NCBI RefSeq assembly: GCF_022539665.2
Contig: NC_081334.1
Coordinates: 1,612,001 to 1,676,000, forward strand
Source: Daphnia carinata
Lineage: Eukaryota
Reading direction: 5' to 3'
Length of the DNA stretch: 64,000 nt
Shown: positions 52,339 through 64,000 of the stretch, piece after piece
Layout of the letters: each line of letters begins with the position of its first letter
Position numbering within the stretch: the first letter of the stretch is position 1
Program-made: the position numbers and the translations under genes
Notes under the pieces: generated by a model
What the model was told of the DNA's origin: nothing
Database searches by the model: none
What the model saw: the letters and a program-made list of their open reading frames with translations, nothing else

Positions 52339-54768
52339 TGGGATGACTGTATTTAAAATCCATCCTGTGGAAAGCCTGGAGCTGCCTCATTTTTTTTTCG
52401 TTTGTTATCGGTTGTTTTACAAGAAAATAAAATATTATTGTGTTTTGAGTTCTTTAAAAGAAATATGGTTTGTTCATGCCTGGCCGGTTATCAAGATAAT
52501 AGAATATCTATATATGTACCACAATAGAATGTATAAATTCAGTCTTCCTATCGCCAAACTGGGCTTCTCATGAAATGTGCAACAGATCAGAAAGGGGAGG
52601 CTGGGAAGGAAGGAAACGCGCGCACAGTCAAACGAATCGACTGCCGGAAGCCAATAGGACTACTGGAAGCAGTAAATTAGATTTCGGGCGTGTAGGAATA
52701 CGCAAACGCCTTGGCACGCTGAAAAAAAAAATAATAATATTTCGCCTTTTTGGAACTGATTAGATATAGTCCATCCCGAAATGCTTTTTTTCTGTCTCAA
52801 GACGGTCGTCTTCAAATTTCCCTCGAGGCAAACGAAATGTATTTGTTAGATAAAGAAAATGGGGACAGAAGATTATCGAATAACGAAGCATTTGCACGAT
52901 GAAATCAACAACCATTATCATGCAAATCGATGTGCGTTGAAAATTGGCTATGGAGCCGATCCGAGCAGGTGACAGTTTGCAGTCTCTGAGCTTCTACATA
53001 ATAAACTGTTCAGACTAAACTTCGTTTATCAAAGCCAATCATTGACCTTATCCTTTGTTATCACCTCACTAGGTTCGCTTCATTTCAGAGAGTGCGACCG
53101 AAGGGGAAGGGTCTTCGTTATACTCCAACGAACCCCCCCACTGGCGAGGATTAGATTTCTTTTGTGTTAGTAAGAACGTCAAAAGCCGGGCTGGCCGCCA
53201 TCTCATTTTGCCTTTATATTCTTGATCTCGCTTCTATTTTTGTCTCTTTCCCAGTTTTTTGACATCGAGACGATAGGGAATAAAACAGCGGGCTTGCATA
53301 AAGGGGTAGCCTATATGGAACACACCTGGGCAAGAATGCACAACGGGCGCGCTAGGTGTATTGATTTTTTGGGCGTAACCGTGCAACGGCGAGGATCGTC
53401 CCCTCTTTTCTTTACCGGTTTCACTCCTCTTCTCTTGATTCGTTGTTGAGGACTCTGCACAGCGTCAAATTTACTCTGAAAAAAAAGCTAATTATCGATT
53501 TTTCTATCATGGCGACTTACTGCACGCTATAGAATATCACGGTCGAATGACCTTCTTGGCTTTGTGTTGTTGATCACTTCTCCACGACTGTTGCTGGCCA
53601 CACGCGGACGAGAAAAGAACTTGGGACAGAAGGTGATGGATATGCTACACAAAGGGGGGAGCCAATGGTAACTAGAAAAAGAAAAATAACGGCCATAGTG
53701 ATTGTCACTGGAGAGGGAATAAAAAAAAAGGAGGGTGGACGTTACCCCGAAGCGCAGTCGACCGGAACAACGAACGCAATCAAGATAAGTTAGCCATTGA
53801 AATGATAAGTTCTGCTTTTCGGATGTTTATAAACGTTGGCAAATGAAAGTGCATTCCCACTTCGTTTATAGCTTATCGCCCTGTTTTCGTTGATACGGGC
53901 AATATCTTTATACAACTGTAAAATTGGTGGTCTTCCAGTGATTGCAGCAAGCGGATTAAAACGCGGCGTGTGTTAGACGAATGGGAACGGGTTGGGCCGC
54001 ACCGTTTTCTTTAAGATGAATGCAGTCTAATGTACAAAATCAATATTAAACGTCTTATCCAGAAGCAGGATGAAAACGCGCGTTTCCAGGACCTACACGT
54101 ACACCGGGGCAATTACCTTTTTTCCCAGTTAAGATTAAGAGAAATAGCACGGACCAGGCCGACCAAGTTGTTTGACCAATGCTGGTCAAAGGGTTCTTGT
54201 TGTTGACCAATTTACGTGACCGAACTCCCATGTTGTTCCATTAGTCGGATCGACATTTTCCACAGCGCAATGTTTTGTTTAGCTGAGTGCTGGGCCAACT
54301 GCAGACCTAGCAAAAACAATACCAGTTAATTATACTACATAACATAAACGGTTCGAGAGTCTTACACGCATGTTATTCCTTTATTGGAAAGGAGATAAGA
54401 TTTAACGTCCAATGAATCTGTGTGTACGTCTAGCAACAGGTCTCCCTATGAGCAACTCATGATGACAAAAAAGGATGGTTAACGGCTGCGCACGACGTTA
54501 ACGCTGTTGCGCCCGCCCAGATAACTGCAAGAGCAGCAGCCACTACCTCCCACTTTATCCGCTCGTCTTCCGAAACTTTGCCATCTTCAATTCACAGTGT
54601 TACGAACCTAGAAAGGGTGACCGGGTGGTTTAACACTTCGTTCCCATGTCACGCTGCTCGCTACCGACAGGGAATAGGTAAACGTTCGAATTGCTTTTTT
54701 GTTAAAATCTGCAGCCTGTTGATGATGTTTTTCTTTCGTTTAGATAAAGCTTTGACACATTCCCAAGC

Positions 54769-57317
54769 ATGTCACACTCCTATTCCTTCCGTCATGGTAA
54801 GAGCCAATCGATGTCATCTTCATCATCCGGGGGTCATCAGCGAGTTACGTACGGCAGCCGATCGACGAGCACCGGAACGCCACCGCCAACGCCAACCATT
54901 CGAGTCACATCGCCCGTCCCGGATGTCGTCGGAATGATTGATATTTGGGATCCGGAGGTTGTGGAAGATGAGCCACCGTCAGCTAGTCCCAAGACGTACA
55001 GCTTCCGCTATAAGGAGGAGAAAAAACATAAACAGCGCAAACATCACGTGGAAAACAAAACGAATTTCACTGATTCCGGCATGCAAGCTGATCCTATCGA
55101 ATTAGAGGCTTCTTCCGGCCATCCAGAGTTAACGACGTTACCCGCCGAAGGGACAGGCACTTACGTAATCCAATTGAGCGATGCGAGTCCGGTTGAAGAC
55201 GATGGATTGAAGACGGCCGGTGAGTCGGAGGAATCGTCCGACTGCGACGAAATGAGTCAAATCAGTGCCGTCACTCAAATTCCGCGCAGTGAGACCCAAC
55301 GAACCCCGGAAGCTGTCGACGAAGTGGAAACAGCTGAGGATCCATTCATCACGGCCAACCAAATAAATAATCAACCCACTCCCGAGGAAGCCGCTCCCGC
55401 TGTTGAACCAGCACCGTCGAATTCTCATCACATCTGGGATGAAATGCAATCGCCAACCGATGCTGATAAACCCATCAAACGAGTGCAGTTCAGCCGCTCT
55501 TTGAGTTTAGTTCCAGGATCGAGTGCAGCCCATCAAACAGCTTCGGTTGAATCGGATCAACGAGCAGTTCGTAGCGGCTCGGGAAGACGTTACTCGAGCA
55601 TGGATTCGGGAGCTCACAGCGACACGTTTCCATCGATGTTGACCTTTGTTGAACATCATCAACAGTTCGCCGTTTCTAAGCGCAAAATGCTGAGCCCAAC
55701 TCCCGAGTCAGCTCTAGAAAACGCCCAGTCACCACAACAGGAAGGAGAGCCAATCGCCGCAACGAATGTCGAGGAAGAGTTATTGTCAAAAGACTGCCAA
55801 CAGCAATCAGGCGATACAATGGCTGCGTTATCAGGTACCTAATGATTCAAGTGCAGTGCATTTAGTCATCCCCATCGATGTACAATTGAGAGCACTATTG
55901 ACGTCATTTATTGCTTAAGATTTTCTTTTTTTCCTTCCTTTTTATCGATCCGAATTGATGTCTGTAAAAAGAGACGTAAACACTCCAGGTTTTGATGACA
56001 CTTGGACATTGTACATTATTATTTTGGTTTATATGTTCGTAGTGACGGTCGAAGATGTAGGTGAAGGAACGGATCACGATCCGACTTGCGATCTCTTCGA
56101 CCGACTCAACGCCCTGAAAAATGATGAAGAGCTCATGGATTTGGCTACGGGTTTTGTACTCCAACTGCTCCGTTCAGCCCAAGATGAAGCCCTCAGACGC
56201 GGTCACGTACCCAGCAAGGTATACTTCAAATTGCTGTACTTCAATTTGCATATTGTCAACACAAATTCTTTAATTTTTTTGTTTTCGCGCTACATGTCCA
56301 CCATCCTGCGCATAACAGATAGAACAGAAGGCCAAATTGAGTCTTGAATTGCAACGTAAGTCAACTTTTCAATTCTTCATTTTGTTTTTCATTGGGTTTC
56401 ACGTTTGGGTCTCCGTTGTCATCAACCGTCCGTAGGAAATTGGAAGCGAAAGCAATTAATATTCCCCCCCCCCCCTTTCTCCTATACGAGTTCTTTTAGT
56501 TCTTCGCTCGCATGTCGATGAAAACTTTTTCTTTGTCATTGCGTGATTCCATCTCAACGTATATACTAAGAAAAAGGGGGTGATACAAATATTGCCCCGT
56601 GCACTGTGAACTCACACATAATCATTCAGCCAGCCTAAAAAAAAGTGACGGGACTTGACTGATATTATCGCTTGGGTCAATACCAGATGACTCCCAGACA
56701 AACGAGTATCAGCTAGTAGAGGCTTAAACGTTGCAGGAAGAAGCCCAATCGATGACAACAATAGACGACGTCCGTCGCTTTTTAATCTTTAGAAACGGCA
56801 CAGGCTATCCGGCTGTCTGAATCAGATGATTGGGACAACAGTTACTAGCATCAACTAACTTGGCTGATTTCTGCATCCCATTATGCACACATCGCGTTGA
56901 ATCAGTTCCCGCTGTTTACCCTTCGCCAGGAATATTTTTTCTTCGTATTATGCTTCAAAAAAATCACGGGTACGAAATGTTTGATGCGTGAAACAATGGG
57001 TTGACTGCGTTGCTGCGAGTTCGTGCGTGTCTTGCATAAGACATCAGTTCCAAGTAAAATCTACGAGTCTAGCTCGGACTTTTTCTGTTTTGGTTGTCTA
57101 ACATTTGAATCAATAAGGATGAGATAGTTCCTTGTCTTGCCCAGTTGCACATCTGATAAGGAACGACATGCAATTTTCCTTGATTTCAGATGTTGCCGTT
57201 CCGAAGGGCCGAAACAACCGAAAGTGGTACAGCCGACTTCGAACGCTTTTGTTGAGAACATTGACGTGCACTTGCGTCCCGACTCATCCCAACATCCAAT
57301 CGCCGTTGTCGAACTAA
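54769..57317 (+). CDS. Uncharacterised largely disordered protein with a putative PKA-anchoring helix and basic/Cys C-terminus
   Basis: 357-codon first ORF, then phase-compatible exons near 56043-56218, 56320-56356 and 57190-57317. Confidence 0.7.
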
Positions 57318-60300
57318 AATGAATTGTGTGCAGCAAAGGATTGCACCGCTTCTTCAACTGATGCCCATCTCTGGGTGATGGCTCGCTCACAGCCGCGTCC
57401 AAGTCTATAAAGATATGTCACCCCTTAAAATGTATCTATCTAGATCGGATTACCAAATCGAAATTAAATATATAGATTAAATCCCTTACCCTGATTTCTA
57501 AGATCTCCGTTATCCCTTCTTTATCCCCTGTCCACCTTCTATATCGTGGAACCGAGAATTGATGTCTGCATATCGTGTCATAATTACACGTTGATGTTGT
57601 TAAGAAAAGAACATGAAAAAAAAACTACAAAAACGAAACAATAGAGAAACATAAATAAAAAACATAATGATCTAGATGTGGGATCGCGTTCCTATATACT
57701 TCTCGTTTATCCAAATCGTAATGAAGGAAACCAACACCGAATGAATAATGAAGCAAAAAGCGCGCGTGATGACAGGTGATGAACGTCGTTAAAAAAACGG
57801 CGAGACAAATCCCCATCGTGATGTCAGCTTGTCAAAGAAAAATAACGACGTGCTTGCCGAAGATTAGAGTGACAAATGCTCATACTATGAGCTGACTTAT
57901 ATATATATATATACCTCACAATGCAGGATTATTCCGATTCCCAGTTGGTAGCATGATGATTTGATTCTATGCTTTCTGTAATCTATTACATTACTTTTCG
58001 ATTGGTTTGTTGTAGATATTGGAAATTGGGTGCATTTTATCGCCAAATTAGCGAGCCTTTTTTGCCTTCTCCTTGAAGTAGACCAACAATCAAATTCAAA
58101 ATGCAGTGGAGCAGCTAACAGCTTTACGGTAGGAACAACTGAACTACTCCCATCTTGGTGCTCTATTCTTCATCAGATTCCCGATTCTATATATCAAGAT
58201 GGGACGGATCGATTCTGAGCCCAGGCCGGGAGTGAGAACGTAGAAAGGTGTACACAAGAGGTTGCAGTCGTGTGTATACAAGGATCCTTTAAAAAGAAAA
58301 AGACAGCTAAATCTTTAAAGGAACTCTTTTCCATCCTTTCTCTTCGTTTCTCTCATTGGCCAAAGTTGTTACAATGTAATCACTCCCGAGACAGGCAAGT
58401 CGGTGACGCAGACTGGATGCTGTCGCTTCCATGTTACCGTGCAGTGCGTGTCTATATCGATCGACAGCAGCGCTATTGATCAAAAACCCAAGCGAACCGA
58501 ATCCTCTCGAAGATGGAAACAAAAAATTTAGAAAGAAAACCTTAATGCTTTCAAATATTGCATACTTGAGAAACGGCCCTCGGAAAGGGTTAAAATACAC
58601 ACAAAAAAGGCATGCGTTAAATTAACTTGATTTCTTAAGTGTGAACAGCGTGAGACGACAGTTTGTAAATAATGTTGTAGTTAAAATTGCATCCGAACCT
58701 TAAAATTTTTCCATATCTATTTTTCCTACTCTGGCGGCCTCTAGTTAATCGAAGAATTCAAAAGAAAAGCCGGTGAAATAAGCGTGCGTGAAGAAGGCAA
58801 AGAAACTGTCATGCGCCGGGCCCTGCAATCCTTTAAAAGGATGGTGTCATCGACTCGCTCCGGGAATATAAATATACAGAACACACGGTATGTGTACATA
58901 AATATAGAATGCAAGTCCCTGACTCTTTGCTTTCGCTTACACATACTTCTAAACTCGCTCTTGTTCGTTAGAAAGCAAACTTGTGTCGAGATGTATACAC
59001 AGCATCGGTTTTTGATGTCTGTTCTCGCCTTGGCTTCTCCCAAGACGAGTTACTGTTCAAAGTCCGACGTGTACACAGAATGTACTACATTCTTAATGCA
59101 CGATAGGAACGGCTTTCGTCGTGACCATTACGTATGAAGAGACCTTTATTCACACGATCGATGAAAGCCATTAAAAGATGTGCTTTGAGAAAAGAAAGTG
59201 CAATGATGAATTAGCCACCATTCACGTTCTTTTACGATATTAATATACGGGGGCCTGGAGATGGGAAAAAACTGAAAATAAGAAAAATCGTTCGCCCACT
59301 TTCTTTTCTTTAGCTGGAATTTCCATCTTTCATTTTTCATTTCCGGAAGTTTAGCAGCCGTTTAAAAAGGAAAGCTGGGGCAAAGGAGTATGGAAATCCT
59401 CTTTTTGTTATTTTTTATTTTTTTTTTGCCATGAACTCTCATCTTTTCATCTCCGAGTCCACAACTCCTCATGCGTCATCCCGATTGGAATGAAAATAGC
59501 TTGAGTGAAAAAAAAGGCTTACAAAGGAGGGAAATCTAAAGTTGTTGGTTGTTCAATAAAACTTATCGATCGACAGTTGAAATTACAGTAGTTTGTATAC
59601 GTACAGGAGGCAAGCCAGGATCTTTAGAAGCCAGGTTTAACTGCATAAATGGGTCCTTGATTTTTCTTCATACTTGTCCCACTAAAGTGTGTAAATCTCA
59701 CTCGCAACTACGAAATGACATGTTTGCAGGATCGAAAGTTTTGTAGGATTGCTAACTTGTAAGCAGCACACATTTCATTGTTTCCTTTGTTCTAGAACGT
59801 GTCGTGGTTTTGGTGCTGAGCGTCTGCTTGGCTGATTCGGTATATCCCACATTCTTTTGTTATTGGCCTAGTTCAGTTTCCTAAATGACCCCCTAGTTGA
59901 ATCGACCGTGAATTTTCGTGCTCCTGGCAGACTAGGAGATCATTAATTATATTTTGTGGTGTACCAATTTTTTTTATTAAAGGCCAGACGTGAATCGATT
60001 GCGTCCAGATGGAGAAAAATAATTTAAGTGTCAACGATCGTCAACTCGTTACTGCCATACATTCCACACTCACACATTTAAAATCCATTTCCAAGTGTAA
60101 CAATGGCCTCGTTCGATTAGTTCACATTCGACTTCCTAATTTAGGGCAATTATACCACCAAAAAAGCCGAAAAAAACGTACTGTTTTTCTTTTTAAAGCG
60201 TGGAACAGCACCGAAGGCAACGCGTAATAAATGACGTGAACAAAATTTATCCACTAGCTCCTCAACACTGAAAATGTGAGAACCCTTCATGAAAACGTCA

Positions 60301-60926
60301 TACTTTTTATTAGGAAATGGAAAAAAAATTTCCACTGTGAATTCCAGCAGGACGGAGCCCTTTTGAGCTAAATTGCTAAATTTGGCACACGGTGAATGTC
60401 TCTGCCTGCCGGTAGTCGGAACCCTCCCCGGAAATAACCAACTTTTTTTATCTTATTCAAACCAGTACTAGTTGCTCGCTTCACTGTTGGCTGGCGTTGT
60501 TACTCCTCTGTTACATCTTGCTTTTAGTTCTTTATAATAAGGAACCCGTAACGCGTCTCTACCCAACGGCTCTTCTATACCGTAAGTTATTTACAACGAA
60601 ATCAAAAACCGATCAACGTCCAACTCGTTGAACGGCTAAACAGGTTCTGCAGCAATGGAGCTCATCTGCATTTTTTTGTCAATACTTCCTAACCGATTTT
60701 GTGCCCGACTTGTTTCTTCTGCTTTCGCTTAAAACTATGGATTGACATTCAAATGTAAACTTTTAAGATTAGTAGAAAGCCCAGATAAGTGACAGTTTCT
60801 TTGTATTGTGACACAATAAGACACCTACATAGTTATTCATGAGCTGATAACTAATCTACCTTATTTTCCTTTTCATTACAGTTCCCCAGTTTGTTGGAAA
60901 CAGGCTAGTCAAAAGTTATCACCAAC

Positions 60927-61733
<807 letters not shown>

Positions 61734-62709
61734 GTCTTGTCATCCTTTTACTATGTTTTTCTCGATTCTTTTAGGGCTCTGAAATTCCTTACAAAATTAG
61801 TCGTGCAAGATTTCCTAATTCTTGAATGAGTCCGTTTTTGTGTCTTTTGTAAACTTGATCTTACAATACAGAAATAAGTCACTTAAGTTGTTTAGTTTAC
61901 CGACATAATTCTGAGTTCTAGCAATTTAATGCATACGCGTGAAAATTATTCTTTATCCGTACTCGCATGAATCATCTTTATCGGAAGACGTTTCGAAATT
62001 CGCATGAAAGATAACATGAAAGTACAAACAAATATGCCTTAAGCCAAACAAAAAAACAGATGCAAGGTTAACATTTTCCCTTTAGCACGTACACACCCTT
62101 TTGTATTTGAATCGGCTGCATCTTCCCGCTTTATATTTAATCGATAATTTAGTTGAAAAGAACCGAAATGAATTTTTTTGTTCAAGTACAGTACATGATT
62201 AAGAATGATGATGCATGTTAGTATGATTATCATCGTTAGTGGATAAATTTTACCTGTTTTACTTGCACTATTAATCATGTTGCCAGGTGTTTGTAAAAAC
62301 GGTCAAGTAACTTTTTGGTCCAATTTAAGGCGAGATAATAAGCTCTTCCTGCATTTTCATTCAACCTATAGCAACATATGGTCTGATAAGTATGCTTATC
62401 GATGACGATACGAACGTTGCCCCACACTAAACTATCTTCAAAAGCTTCGACGATCATTCTGGACTACCTAATCCGTAGTTAAGTTTTGCTTCCAGCATAT
62501 TTCGTTTTTAGCTTATTGCCACCAGTGCCTTGTGTACAACCGTTGACTTTTGAATAGTTAGACTCCAATTGGAAACTTTGTCGTTATTACAGTTGTTGCT
62601 CTGATTTTCTAAAATACATAATATGTTTATATTATTTAAAAATTTTTAACTACGACCAATACTTGACCTGACATATTTTGTGGATTACGTGTTCACCAAC
62701 TCCAGTAAA

Positions 62710-63370
<661 letters not shown>

Positions 63371-64000
63371 CCGAAGCATTAAAACCGGCATGGGCTGCAA
63401 GTGGTACATAAATACCTTGTTTCATCTAATATAGATTTTCACACTGGTTAATGCTGGCTTTATGTTAACAGTACAGTCATTTAATGGCACGGATAGTGAA
63501 AACTATTTTTAGGAATATTCATAAGCTTCCTATAGGAATTCATGGAATTTGGGTGGCAGCATCTAGTTCATCACCATAATTGGGAAACACCCTCTATATA
63601 TACATCAGCACATAGATATGTAAAGAAATAAATGTTTTTGATTTAAATCAAATCTTTTTAAATGTGATCTGAACCTGTCATAAGCTTGCTTCAGTCTCTC
63701 AGACTGCACATCTGTATATTCATCCAACGTTCAGGCTTCTCCCTATATCAACCATTGAAAATTTTAGTGTGCTTCCGAAATTTTCACAGCTAAAATAAGG
63801 CCACAAGCTTTGCAAGCTAGATATTACTGTTTTGGGTTTTGATCCACTTCATGGCGCAGTTGTTTTTAGAAGTCTAGCGTCTGCAAGACAAGACATTCTG
63901 CATATTCCATTTCTGAAGACACATCTCTACAGGTTATTAACCCGGCGGCTCGTAAATTCATCTGCCACCTAACCAATCAATATTCGCGTTTTTCACAGTG

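Noticed and set aside
57400..60400. Short ORFs between the AKAP-like gene and REEP5
   Set aside because: No coherent splicing or protein-like composition; this looks like UTR or intergenic DNA.
63600..64000. 3' end of a minus-strand gene (EKPERWMKYTDVQSERLKQAYDRF..)
   Set aside because: One exon-like segment is plausible, but the upstream segment has stops in all frames I tried and the window edge prevents support.

Overview
Gene-dense eukaryotic (animal) DNA, AT-rich with ~55-75 nt GT-AG introns. The style suggests a small-genome arthropod such as a Daphnia-like crustacean (inference). By hand-splicing I support about 17 protein-coding genes: a senataxin-like helicase with degenerate ATPase motifs, a coiled-coil + MGAT4-type lectin-domain gene, CCDC174 with a nested antisense Ly6/three-finger gene, ARF6, MFAP1, a probable divergent CENP-P, PPWD1 head-to-head with SNRNP25, an HMGA-like AT-hook gene, RICTOR with a nested antisense WSC-domain gene, NAXE, BET1L, a GH27 alpha-galactosidase/NAGA, a putative AKAP-like protein and two tandem REEP5-like genes. 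Between MFAP1 and the CENP-P-like gene lies an ~11 kb accessory region (19.1-30.5 kb). It holds a complete hAT MITE with an 8-bp TSD, an old inverted duplication of decayed sequence and an array of TAGATGGCG (CTCF-like) motifs. At its centre is an unexplained ~1.5 kb element: two densely hairpinned GC-rich modules flanking a divergent pair of tRNA-like Pol III promoters, followed by a 23-bp minisatellite. All exon boundaries and homologies were read by eye, with no database searches.
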